Assembly (NCBI GenBank): GCA_963820825.1
Contig: CAWGBN010000006.1
Location: 512,001-576,000 of the forward strand
Direction of reading: 5' to 3'
DNA length: 64,000 nucleotides
From: Vulcanimicrobiota bacterium
Lineage (GTDB): Bacteria > Vulcanimicrobiota > Vulcanimicrobiia > Vulcanimicrobiales > Vulcanimicrobiaceae
Position 1 is the first letter of the stretch, and the number at the start of each line of letters is the position of its first letter. Positions 1 through 9,384 of this stretch are shown here, in pieces. The notes under the pieces are model-generated. The model searched no databases. It was not told the DNA's origin and was given only the letters and a program-made list of their open reading frames with translations. The translations under genes and the position numbers were made by a program.

Positions 1-1767
1 ATCGAGAATGTCGATCTTGCCGGAATTGGTGTTCGTCCACGGCGTGACGGTCGTTCCGCCGCCGGCCAGGCTGTAGGTGAGCCGGTAGTCGAAACTGCGA
101 TGGGCCGGATCGGCCATAAACAGCGGCCAGTCGACTTCCGGATTCTGCGACGTGAGGACGGCGCTCGGCTGCAGGTTGATGCCGTTGGCCGCGTCCACGT
201 AGCGGCACTCAACCTCGACGCTCGTATAGCGGTCCCACGGAAAGCCGAAGGCCCGGATTGGGATCACGGTCACGCCGTAGAGGTCGTTGCGCGGCTCGAC
301 GTCGAGCACGTCGCCGACGACCGTAAGATCTTTGCTGACCAGCTTCCCGGGCCGCTGGGTGGTATCAACGTTCTTGAAGTTGACCGTGTAGTTGTAGGTG
401 ACGGGACGAACCATTTGACCGTTGGCGAGAACGCTGCTCCAGTCGACCGATGCCGGTGTCCCGCTGCTGGTCAGTGAAACGGACTGCACGCTGCCGTTAT
501 ACGTCAGGTTGACGTCGATCGAAGCGATCGAGTCGTCCTGAAAGTCGGCATACGATAGTACGGCCACCTTGCGCCGCGCGAAGAACGGATTGTCGAGGTC
601 GACTCTGGTGATGAACTGCGAAAGCGGGATGCCCTCCCGCTGCAGCTCTGCCAACAGACCGGAAAGGTGCGCCTGCGGATAGATCGTGCGAAGTACCGCG
701 GTGCGCTCGGTGACGTCAAAGTTCAACGCCTTCTGGTCGGTCCGCGACAAGTCGACCGACTTGTATGAAAAGCAGGCCGTCGCGGCCGCGCCGCCGGTGA
801 GCGCGATGTCGCTGATGTTGTCGACGGCTTGATTTACCTTGCTCCAGTCGTCCGGCTGATTCGGGTTCGGTGGCGGAAGGCTCGACTCGAAGAAATTCGT
901 CTTGACCAGCTCGTAGCATTCCGCAACCGCACGATCGCGATCGGAGGTTCCGGTGCTGCCCAAGTCGGATTCGGTGACGAACGTGTCGACCTGTATGTTG
1001 ATGACCTTCTCTTCGATAAGCTTGTCGACCGTGTGCTCGATCTGGCTCGAGAAGAACAGAAACCCTCCGCTGTACTGCTGATCGAGATAGGTTTGAACGC
1101 GGTTCCAGTCGGCCGTCATATGCACGTGAAACGCGGGACGCAGCCCGAGAAACTGCAGCGAGTAGATGACGGCGATCGGCGCGAGTTGTCCTTGCAACGC
1201 CTGCTCGAGGATGGTCGCGCCGTATTGGTCGAGCTGCACGGAAAACGTCGCTTGATTGTCGCCGTACAGCGCGGGTTTGGCCGCGTTCTCGATCTTCACC
1301 ACGAACTGCGGTCCGGCGGCGGCCGGCGGCGTCGTGGTCGTCACCGCCGCTGCAGTGGGCGTCGCGGATGCGCTCGCGCCGGTCGAGCCGGTGCTCCCCG
1401 CCGGTGCGGCGGCATCGCCGCTCTCCGCGCCGAGCATCAGGAGCTTTACCGCACCGTCGACGAACGTTACCGGCGAAAGGCGCGGCGTGCTGTTGAGGTT
1501 GAGCTGGCGTTCGATCTGGTTGGCGACCTCCGATAGCGCCGCCGGATCGATGCTGAGGTTGACGTCGAAATCGATGAATCCGCCCGTCCCCGCGCTGCCT
1601 TCATACTCGATCAGCTGGATTTGCGGCGACGAAGCTTTGGTAACCGGGTCCTGTACCATCGTCAGATGCGGCATCATCGGAAGGTAATAGAACTGCAACG
1701 GATCGGATTCGTCCGGAAATACCGAGACGCCGTTGATCACGAAGTACGGTGGATTGAGGTACAGCAT
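1..1767 (-). CDS. Uncharacterised paralogue A of the four-gene cluster; its 3' end runs off the window (>589 aa)
   Basis: Absent from the ORF track because there is no stop in the window. Manual translation from ATG 1767 gives MLYLNPPYFVINGVSVFPDESDPLQFYYLPMMPH...GTGGFIDFDVNL...VKIENAAKPALYGDNQATFSVQLDQYGATILEQALQG...LDNPFFARR...TVTPWTNTNSGKIDILD, open to base 1. It aligns by eye with 1789-4071. Confidence 0.9.
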   Translation of the reverse strand, partial: MLYLNPPYFVINGVSVFPDESDPLQFYYLPMMPHLTMVQDPVTKASSPQIQLIEYEGSAGTGGFIDFDVNLSIDPAALSEVANQIERQLNLNSTPRLSPVTFVDGAVKLLMLGAESGDAAAPAGSTGSTGASASATPTAAAVTTTTPPAAAGPQFVVKIENAAKPALYGDNQATFSVQLDQYGATILEQALQGQLAPIAVIYSLQFLGLRPAFHVHMTADWNRVQTYLDQQYSGGFLFFSSQIEHTVDKLIEEKVINIQVDTFVTESDLGSTGTSDRDRAVAECYELVKTNFFESSLPPPNPNQPDDWSKVNQAVDNISDIALTGGAAATACFSYKSVDLSRTDQKALNFDVTERTAVLRTIYPQAHLSGLLAELQREGIPLSQFITRVDLDNPFFARRKVAVLSYADFQDDSIASIDVNLTYNGSVQSVSLTSSGTPASVDWSSVLANGQMVRPVTYNYTVNFKNVDTTQRPGKLVSKDLTVVGDVLDVEPRNDLYGVTVIPIRAFGFPWDRYTSVEVECRYVDAANGINLQPSAVLTSQNPEVDWPLFMADPAHRSFDYRLTYSLAGGGTTVTPWTNTNSGKIDILD

Positions 1768-1788
1768 TGCGTTCGCAGTCGCTTTCGT

Positions 1789-4071
1789 TTACGACGGCGT
1801 GCTTACGGGCGGCGTGCTCGCCGGCGGATTGAGCACGAGGTCCGTGTCGGTGCTGCTCGCGGGAGCCTGTTTGATGACCGCCGGTGGATTCGTGGCCATG
1901 TAGTAGGTGGCGGTATAGGTGTAGGCCACCTTGGTGGGATCCTTGGTGTAGAACGTCCACGACGGGGGCGTCGCGCCGGTCGATTTTAGTACGATCTCCT
2001 GCTGCAGCGCGATGTTGTTGGCCGGATCCGAATACTGGAACTCGATCTGTACCAGTTTGATCTGCGTAAAATCGAGCAGTGCGGTGTCGGGAGTGACCGT
2101 AACGATCGTCTGGTCCGGCGGACCGAAGGTGACGAGCGTGCCGGTCGCGGGCGTGTCGGGAATATTCTCCTGCGTCTGATTCTTGTACGAGACCACGCCG
2201 CTGTAACTCACTTGTCCGTTTGCGGCGGGGATCATCAAGAACGTCCAGTCGTGCGTGCGGTTGGCTGCGCTGAACTGGTACTCGCTGCTTTGCGTGTACT
2301 TGTTCGTCGCGTCCGTATACGTCATCCGCAGGAAGATGTTGTCGATCGAGTTTGCAAAGTCGCCTTCGCTGATGAACGTGACCGTCTTCGGAATGAAGAT
2401 GTTGTTGATAAACAACTGCTGTGTGTTGTCTTGTTTCGGCGCGGTCACTACTTGCGTGCCGTCGGTCAAGACGTAGGTCACCGTGTACGTATACTGCTTG
2501 TCCACCGGCTTGAGTATAACGACCACGAGCGTTGCGGTGCGCGTGTTCTGATCGAATGCGAATTCTCTGCTGATCGCGGCTCCCGACGGATCGGTGTCGG
2601 GGTATTGCAGCGCGACTTGTACCTGCTTCACCGTCGTCCAATCCACGTTGCTGACGGTCAGGTTGACGTACAGCACGCCCATCGTGCCGACGTCGAGCGT
2701 GGTGACCTGATTCTGAGTGGTGTAGACCGGTGAAGCGTAGGCCTTGCTTTGATCCGCGTAGTTGACGTTGAACTGATACTGGTAATGCATATCGCCGCTG
2801 ACGGTATCGGAATCGAATTTAAGCACGTCGTCGGGCTTCTTGAAGGTGAACCCGGCAACGGTCGGCGGATTGCTCTTGGTGTACTGGCAGTTCACGTCCA
2901 CGCTGACGATGTTGAACGTTTGGAAATCCGCATTGCACTGCATCGTCGCGTGAATTTGCGCAAAGAATGGATCGTTGGCGTTGATCGTCTCGGCGTACTG
3001 CTCGAAGTTGGCGACGTTGGGCAGCGTGCCTTGCTGCACCGTCTCGTAGGCGATGCTGTCGCGTTCGTTGTAATGCTCGTAGAAGCTAAACGAGGCGAAG
3101 CTCGTTTCGTCGCGCGACACGTGCTCCATTCCGTCGTCGCCGCGGTTTTGGCCGAGGTCGCTGCCGACGCTGCTGCCCGTCACGCCGGCGCCGCTGCTCG
3201 ACGAGCTCGAGCCGTCGCCGCTGGTCCCGCCTGAGCTGCTGGTCGCGTTCGAGGCGGCCATCACGCTTTGTACCGCGGTGTTGAGCTGCTGCCAACCCCA
3301 GTTCACGAGATCGTCGTGCAGTTTTTGAACGGTCGAGTCTCCGGTCGGCAAGCCGGTGAAATCGAAGCTCACGCCGCCGCAGTCGGCGCTGACGAAGGCT
3401 TCGCGCATCTTCTCCTGCTCGGTGTTGTCGCCGCTGTCCCAACTGCCGCCGCTCTTGTCGATCGTTTGATGGAACGAGGCGAACTTCACCGCGTCGAACC
3501 AAACCGTTCCCGTAACCGGCGGCAGTGCGGCGGTATAGGTCAGATCGTAGGCGATCTGAACGACCCCGCCCTTGCCTTGCATGGCTCCCTCGACCACGGC
3601 GGCACCCTCGGGCGAGAGCTCGGCGGTGAACGAGCAGATCATCGAACCGAGCAGCGACGGCTTTCCGGCGCTCTCGATCTTCGTCACGAGCGCGCCGCCG
3701 CTGTCCAGCAGCGTTAGCGCTGCCGTCCCCTTGGTGAAGCTCGGCATCGAGATTTCCGCGCTGACGGGGTTGCCTTGAGCGTCTTTGATTCCGCGCGACT
3801 GGACGAGCTTGTCGAGCTCTTGCTGCGCGGCTTTCATTTGATCCGGCGGTATGACGAAGACCGAGTCGAAGATCAAGAAACCCCCGCCTTTGCTCCCGTC
3901 GGGCCGGTCGACCGGCATCAAATACTTGATGAAGTTCAAGACCGGTTTATTCGTCTTGGGATCGATGCGGAAACCCGGCTCACTCGGCATTGCATAGAAG
4001 ACCGCCGGGCGCGAGTCGTCTTCGTAGATGGTGAGGCCGGCGATCAGATGGGCGGGATATAGGCTCAGCAT
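1789..4071 (-). CDS. Uncharacterised paralogue B, 760 aa: core domain, Ser/Gly linker and about four tandem beta-rich repeats
   Basis: Long ORF with SD AAGGAG before ATG 4071; shares motifs with paralogue A; no signal peptide seen. Confidence 0.9.
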   Translation of the reverse strand: MLSLYPAHLIAGLTIYEDDSRPAVFYAMPSEPGFRIDPKTNKPVLNFIKYLMPVDRPDGSKGGGFLIFDSVFVIPPDQMKAAQQELDKLVQSRGIKDAQGNPVSAEISMPSFTKGTAALTLLDSGGALVTKIESAGKPSLLGSMICSFTAELSPEGAAVVEGAMQGKGGVVQIAYDLTYTAALPPVTGTVWFDAVKFASFHQTIDKSGGSWDSGDNTEQEKMREAFVSADCGGVSFDFTGLPTGDSTVQKLHDDLVNWGWQQLNTAVQSVMAASNATSSSGGTSGDGSSSSSSGAGVTGSSVGSDLGQNRGDDGMEHVSRDETSFASFSFYEHYNERDSIAYETVQQGTLPNVANFEQYAETINANDPFFAQIHATMQCNADFQTFNIVSVDVNCQYTKSNPPTVAGFTFKKPDDVLKFDSDTVSGDMHYQYQFNVNYADQSKAYASPVYTTQNQVTTLDVGTMGVLYVNLTVSNVDWTTVKQVQVALQYPDTDPSGAAISREFAFDQNTRTATLVVVILKPVDKQYTYTVTYVLTDGTQVVTAPKQDNTQQLFINNIFIPKTVTFISEGDFANSIDNIFLRMTYTDATNKYTQSSEYQFSAANRTHDWTFLMIPAANGQVSYSGVVSYKNQTQENIPDTPATGTLVTFGPPDQTIVTVTPDTALLDFTQIKLVQIEFQYSDPANNIALQQEIVLKSTGATPPSWTFYTKDPTKVAYTYTATYYMATNPPAVIKQAPASSTDTDLVLNPPASTPPVSTPS

Positions 4072-4092
4072 GGCTCTCTCCTTATGTCCGTA

Positions 4093-5955
4093 TCATGGTG
4101 TTGTCGCGGGAACGGGCGTAAGCGCCGGCTGGGCGCTCGCGGCACTGGCCGATACCGGCGTACCGTCGGCAGCTAGCATCAGCGGTGTGAAAGGTGACTG
4201 CAGCGCCGACCACGCTCCGGCCGGCGCACTCCCCGTCGCCGACTTTCTATAACGGTAGCCGGCTTTGAATGGTGACGAGGCGACGTAGCCCCAGTCGGCG
4301 GATGGTTGGTCCGCGGTTAGCAGCAGTTGCGCGGGAGGCGCGCCGGCGTCTTCATCGTCCTGCGCGATCGCATCGAGCATCAACGCACGATCGCCGCTGC
4401 GCAGTGCCGCGCGAATCGTTACCCGGTGCGGTCCGAACTCGGCAAATGCAGGAAGATCGAGGTCGATGCGCCCTGGTGCGAGCGGCCCGAGCCCCAGCGG
4501 TGCACTTCCGTCGAGCGGCGCGGCGCTCACCGTCAGCGACGGGTCGCTTGCACTGCGCGGCACGGCCATCGAAGCGCCGGTGATCTTTGCGTTGAGAACG
4601 GCCGCAACCCGATGCTGCGCGCCATCGAGTGCATACGTCAGCGTCAGCGTCAGAACGGCAAGCGAGAGCAAGCGGTTCGCGGCGGTCACGTGCGCGAACG
4701 CGACCGGGAAGTCGTCGGCCCCGAGCTGCACCCACGACGAGCTGCGTAGTTGGGGCGGCATCGCGAACTCGCGCACCATTCCCGCGGCGGCAAGCACCGC
4801 AAATCCCGATAGCGTATACGACAGCGTCTCCGCGGGACTGATTTGAAACGTAAGGGAACCGTCGTCATCGGGTTCCGTAAACGCGATCGTCTGCGCGATG
4901 CTGCTCGGTCGAAGCGGTGGATTCGCCGCGACGTTTGCGGTGACGCCGATCGCCGGTACGCCGATGCGGTTCGGCGGCAGATTCGCGTCGACGTCGACCT
5001 TACAGAGTCCCACCTGTAATGCGGGAACGCTGACGTTGCGCACGAGCGCCGCCGTGCCGTTGCGTGCGGCGAATGCGCGCAGCACCGTCAAAATGTCGAG
5101 CATCAGCACCCATTGCCGCCGGCCGATCGCCGGTTGGCTCAAATCCCACTGCACGGCTCCCAACGGCAGCGCTGAGGGGTCGGCGAATGCGACGAAGGAT
5201 GGGTCGGAGCTCGCCGGAGCCGGCGCGCGCGACGCGTACGATGCCAAGATCCGATCGGCGACCGCCGCCGCGAAATCGCCCGTCGTCGCGTCGCCTGCAA
5301 GAATTTTCAGCGGAAACTTTTCCGGCGTGCCCGTAAATGCGGCCAGTACGTCCGGGGCCGAGAGCAGACGTCCCGTCGTGCCCGCGAGCAACGAAGCGAC
5401 GAGCTTCTCCGGCTCGAACGCAACCGTCGTCTCTACCCGGGCGGCAACGCCGAGGGCGTCGAATTCCACCCGTGCACCGAGAAGCAGCGAGCCGCCGGCG
5501 ATCGCGCCTTTGATGAGCTCGCCGGCGTCGGCCGAGAGGCGCGTCGTCCAGCGCGCAAAATCGGCCCCGCTAAAGCCGAGAGGAATCGGCGCGAGCGCGT
5601 CGCTCGATGGTGCGACCTCGCCGGCGGTCGGATAGAGACGTGCAAAACCTCCCGCGGCTGCGATCGGCGTCACCGTCGCGGCGGCGTCGAGCGGCCGAAC
5701 CACGGCGAGCGCGGTATCGAGCTCGAAGTCGCCCGCGAGCGAAAAATCGAGCACCGCATACTGACCGGCCGCGCTGAAATCGCCGGCGCGTTCGACCAGA
5801 TCGAGGGTAAACTTTGGGCTCGCGTCGGCATCGAGCGCGAGCGAGAGCTGTTGCGGCACGACCGCGTAACTTCCGTTTTGGAATGGCGCAAACGCAGTGA
5901 CGCCGGCGGTCGAAATCGGCGCCGAGAAGTCCGGCAAGCCCGAAAACGCGCTCAT
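4093..5955 (-). CDS. Uncharacterised paralogue C, about 620 aa
   Basis: Likely start ATG 5955 (MSAFSGLPDF) overlaps the upstream TGA (TGATG). Carries a divergent copy of the core motif (RWTTRLSADAGELIKGAIAGG). Confidence 0.85.
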   Translation of the reverse strand: MSAFSGLPDFSAPISTAGVTAFAPFQNGSYAVVPQQLSLALDADASPKFTLDLVERAGDFSAAGQYAVLDFSLAGDFELDTALAVVRPLDAAATVTPIAAAGGFARLYPTAGEVAPSSDALAPIPLGFSGADFARWTTRLSADAGELIKGAIAGGSLLLGARVEFDALGVAARVETTVAFEPEKLVASLLAGTTGRLLSAPDVLAAFTGTPEKFPLKILAGDATTGDFAAAVADRILASYASRAPAPASSDPSFVAFADPSALPLGAVQWDLSQPAIGRRQWVLMLDILTVLRAFAARNGTAALVRNVSVPALQVGLCKVDVDANLPPNRIGVPAIGVTANVAANPPLRPSSIAQTIAFTEPDDDGSLTFQISPAETLSYTLSGFAVLAAAGMVREFAMPPQLRSSSWVQLGADDFPVAFAHVTAANRLLSLAVLTLTLTYALDGAQHRVAAVLNAKITGASMAVPRSASDPSLTVSAAPLDGSAPLGLGPLAPGRIDLDLPAFAEFGPHRVTIRAALRSGDRALMLDAIAQDDEDAGAPPAQLLLTADQPSADWGYVASSPFKAGYRYRKSATGSAPAGAWSALQSPFTPLMLAADGTPVSASAASAQPALTPVPATTP

Positions 5956-8075
5956 CAGCCGCTCGTCTGCACGTAAAAGGAGTCCGCGTTCGACGAGGTC
6001 CACTGACCCTGCGTTGTGCCGGTCGCGCTTACGAGATCGACGTGATAGCGATAGTAGGACGTATCCCCGGTCCCGACGACGTACGCCTTGATTGGGACGG
6101 CGAGCGCGACCGTCTGCGTCATCAGCCCGGAAGCGTCGGCTTGCGTGGAGGAATCAAAATCGACGGTCTGGCCGCTGTCGAAGACGACTTGAACGGCTTT
6201 CGGCGGTGGCGTTGCGCCGGCCGGATCGGCCGCAAACATCGAGGCGAACGCCATGACTTTCACGGTGCGTTGTACCGGCCCAACGACCTGATTCGACATG
6301 ATGGCGTCCCAGAGTGCGCTAGGATCGGCCTTGACGCTGGTATGCCCGAAGTCGATCACGACGGTACAATCGCCGGCCGCGCTTTGACCCGCGTCGCCGC
6401 CGTGCGTCGCGAGTCCGACCGCTTCACCGAGCAGGTTCCCCAGATCGCCGGGATTCTGGGGAAGCATACGTATCTTGAGGGTTACGCCGTTGGTGCCGGT
6501 CGTGGCGCTCGCCGGTACGAGATCGACCGGCGGCGTCGGGGTCAGCGTCTGCCCGAGGTCCTGTACTTTGACCGTCGGTTTTCCGGAGACCGGATCGACC
6601 GGCCCTTTCATGATTGCTGCAGGCAGGCTGTCGACGTGCACGGGACTCTCGACCACGTTGGAAATCACGACGTCGAACTCGCTCTGCTCCGCGTCGAAGG
6701 TCGAATTGGCGGCGAGCACGCTGCCGGCGAAATCTCCCGCACGCAAGCTGAAATGAATCGACTCGGTGTCGGACCCGATCGTTACCGTCACGACGCCCGA
6801 AAAGAGTTGGCTGACCTCGTCGAAGAGCGCCGCGTATACTTGTTGCAACTGCGCGAGGGAGAGCGCGATCGAGCAGCTGATGCCGCCGGCGATGTCCACA
6901 ATGGCCGAGCTTTGCGCGACGAGCGCCGGTCCCGATCCATCGCTGGCGGGCAGAGTCAACTGCAACGCGGTGTTGCTCGCTTCGAAGAGATGCATTCCGG
7001 GCAGGACGCTCGCGCGTAGCTCGTTTTGCCACCACGCCGCCGCATTGGCGATTCGATCGGGATTCCAAATGGGGATGGCCAGAAACGAGAGCGTGAAGCG
7101 CATCGTGCCCGCGTCGCCGCCGGTTGCAGCGATCGTGATGTTGGGAGCGTGCGGAGCATCCTGCTGCCGGCTGATCTGGAACGTGTCCGGGAGATAATAG
7201 ACTTGGCTCGGCTGGCGCGCGTCTTGATAGTACGGATACGAGCGGTTGTCGTGCGCGTAGGGCACTTGCGTAACGTTCCACGTCGACTCCCCGCTGCCGA
7301 CGCTGCCGAGCAGCGAGAAGATGTTCTTGTCGAGCACGGGATCGAACGTGAATGGAATCGGGGCATCGATGGCCGTAACGCTCTCGCGGTAGAGCGTCTG
7401 CGCCGTACCCTCCGCCGCGGCAGTCGGAGCTGCGACCGGAAACGAACGCCGGACGATCAGCTGCGCCTGTGCCGATGGATCGGTCATCGCCCGGTAAATC
7501 GAGTCGCGGGCAGCCGGATCGGTGACGGTCAGCGAGAGCGTAAGGTTCGAGCCATCCGACGGTGTCGCGGTGAAATCCCAGTTGGCGGCGAGCCCCTGCA
7601 GATTCGCCGTCAGCAGATAGCGCGTCGTCGTCGGGTCGATCCGCAGAGCGCTGCTCACCAGCGATGGATCCGTAACGTCGGCCAATCCGACGGTGAGGAC
7701 GAACCCGTCGGTATTGGCCACGAACGAGACGTTGTAGCTCTGCGCGCCGCCGCTGCCGATCGTCGCGATCGCGTACTTGGCGAGAAAGTGCTTCTTCGTA
7801 GCATCGGCCGGATCTTCGAAGAGCGTGTCGGCTTTGGGCGTCGCATCCGGCGCGATCAGCGTCGGCAACGAAAAGTTCGAACGCGGAAGCGGGCGACCGA
7901 GCTGCCATCCGACGAAGGCAGGATTGCGCATGTAGAGCAGCGCCGGATTCGCCATGCTGCGCGTTGGAGAGTGAGCGACGGCAGTCGATACCACGACCGG
8001 TCGCGCGACGGTCGCTTGGGGGGCGGTCGAGGGCAACGTTCGGGATGCGCTGCCGTGGAGAGTCATGAATGCCAT
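5955..8075 (-). CDS. Uncharacterised paralogue D, 706 aa, apparently with two copies of the core domain
   Basis: Long ORF; YYQDARQPSQVYYLPD and ISCSIALSLAQLQQVYAALFD match the A/B motifs; SD-like GAGGT upstream. Confidence 0.85.
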   Translation of the reverse strand: MAFMTLHGSASRTLPSTAPQATVARPVVVSTAVAHSPTRSMANPALLYMRNPAFVGWQLGRPLPRSNFSLPTLIAPDATPKADTLFEDPADATKKHFLAKYAIATIGSGGAQSYNVSFVANTDGFVLTVGLADVTDPSLVSSALRIDPTTTRYLLTANLQGLAANWDFTATPSDGSNLTLSLTVTDPAARDSIYRAMTDPSAQAQLIVRRSFPVAAPTAAAEGTAQTLYRESVTAIDAPIPFTFDPVLDKNIFSLLGSVGSGESTWNVTQVPYAHDNRSYPYYQDARQPSQVYYLPDTFQISRQQDAPHAPNITIAATGGDAGTMRFTLSFLAIPIWNPDRIANAAAWWQNELRASVLPGMHLFEASNTALQLTLPASDGSGPALVAQSSAIVDIAGGISCSIALSLAQLQQVYAALFDEVSQLFSGVVTVTIGSDTESIHFSLRAGDFAGSVLAANSTFDAEQSEFDVVISNVVESPVHVDSLPAAIMKGPVDPVSGKPTVKVQDLGQTLTPTPPVDLVPASATTGTNGVTLKIRMLPQNPGDLGNLLGEAVGLATHGGDAGQSAAGDCTVVIDFGHTSVKADPSALWDAIMSNQVVGPVQRTVKVMAFASMFAADPAGATPPPKAVQVVFDSGQTVDFDSSTQADASGLMTQTVALAVPIKAYVVGTGDTSYYRYHVDLVSATGTTQGQWTSSNADSFYVQTSG

Positions 8076-8216
8076 GGACGGCCGCTAAACCTCGAAAACA
8101 GACCGGGGGCTACCAGATTACACTAACGGGCCATGCTTGCCAAGGCTGCGGTCGTTCGCCTTACCGAACGCGCTCGCTCGCTCGCTAAGGGTCCCGGCGG
8201 ACTTTAGTTCCGGCCG

Positions 8217-8570
8217 CTACCCGTGAATGCTGTAGAGTTGCTGCAGTTGGTACGGATTCGCCGTTTGGGTCGTATAGTTGACGTTGATCGTATCGTCGTA
8301 AACCACGGTGATTTTGTTTCCACGCGCTCCGTACTTCACGGTCTCAACCCAGGTTGCCGGATCGCCGCTGATCTGAACGGCGCTCTGCGAGATACTCTGC
8401 ACGGTTTGGGATACCTGAGTCTGGGTACCGCTCTGGCTCTGCCACGCCGGCACGAGATGCGGGAAGCCGCAGTAAAGGGTCCCCGAAGCGCCCTGGAACG
8501 AGAAGACGATCATCACGCCGTCGTCCCACTCAATGGTTACGCCGATCTGCGAGGCGGTCTGCTGGCTCAT
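8217..8570 (-). CDS. Hypothetical protein, 117 aa, Gln/Ser/Thr-rich
   Basis: GGAGG SD upstream of ATG 8570 (MSQQTASQIGV). Confidence 0.7.
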   Translation of the reverse strand: MSQQTASQIGVTIEWDDGVMIVFSFQGASGTLYCGFPHLVPAWQSQSGTQTQVSQTVQSISQSAVQISGDPATWVETVKYGARGNKITVVYDDTINVNYTTQTANPYQLQQLYSIHG

Positions 8571-8659
8571 ATCTCGACCTCCACAACATGCTGGTTTTCG
8601 AGCAGCATAGCCCACTCGATATCCCGCGAGCAAGCAGTTTTCGACAAAGGCGTACTTCC

Positions 8660-9373
8660 TTATTCTAGGGGTGCCGCTTGCTCAGAACTCGGAGTTTTCC
8701 GAAACCGCTCCCAAAGACCGACCAAACCGGTCGTGATGCTGACCACGATCCCAATAAGTCCAATGTTTGAGGAGATCGGTTCGGGCGGCGTGGGCACGAA
8801 AACGGGGATATCGACCTCGCGTGAGTCCACGACGTGTTGCTGACGGTCTAGGGCTTGCAGGACCATGGTGATCACATGGTTGCCGGGTTCGGTCGCCATC
8901 AAATTCCAGCGCCAAGGCGGAGCCGGAGGAGGTGCTTTTGCGCCGAGGCTGCACTCGGGCGCGAGCAGCGTTTGCCGCGTGCGCGCCGCGTCGCCAATTC
9001 TGTCAACGGTGAAGCCGGGTGCGTCGACGAGTACTTGATAGGCCACGATCGTGCTGCCGGAGCATCCGGTTCCCGTCGTCAGCGGTCGCAACGCCAGCGT
9101 AATCGTTTCGTACAGGGCAATCGACTCAGGGTCTTTGACGATATCCTGGGGCCCGTTGGGGAGCCACTTACTGCCGTCGATTTGGGTCGTAATATCGTTG
9201 AATGGCGGCTGCGTCAACGCGATCTCCACCGAGTTGAAGCGGTACGCCTTAGCCGCGAGCTGTATGTCCCGGTCGTAGAGCCACCAGCGCACCCCCACAA
9301 TGCCTGCCACGATCGCGGCGATCGCGGCGATCGCGAACCAGATGCGCGACGACGACCGCCGTGGAGAGACCAT
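8660..9373 (-). CDS. Hypothetical membrane protein: N- and C-terminal TM helices around a beta-rich domain
   Basis: Hydrophobic segments IWFAIAAIAAIVAGIVGV and IGLIGIVVSITTGLVGLW. Confidence 0.7.
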   Translation of the reverse strand: MVSPRRSSSRIWFAIAAIAAIVAGIVGVRWWLYDRDIQLAAKAYRFNSVEIALTQPPFNDITTQIDGSKWLPNGPQDIVKDPESIALYETITLALRPLTTGTGCSGSTIVAYQVLVDAPGFTVDRIGDAARTRQTLLAPECSLGAKAPPPAPPWRWNLMATEPGNHVITMVLQALDRQQHVVDSREVDIPVFVPTPPEPISSNIGLIGIVVSITTGLVGLWERFRKTPSSEQAAPLE

Positions 9374-9384
9374 CGAACGATCCC

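Noticed and set aside
1..8075. Calling the paralogue operon a T6SS, eCIS, prophage tail or Tc toxin
   Set aside because: No recognisable sheath, tube, VgrG, PAAR, baseplate, RHS or ATPase motifs in the visible part.
8169..8185. Short (CGCT)n tandem upstream of the paralogue operon
   Set aside because: Only about four units; too short to support phase variation.
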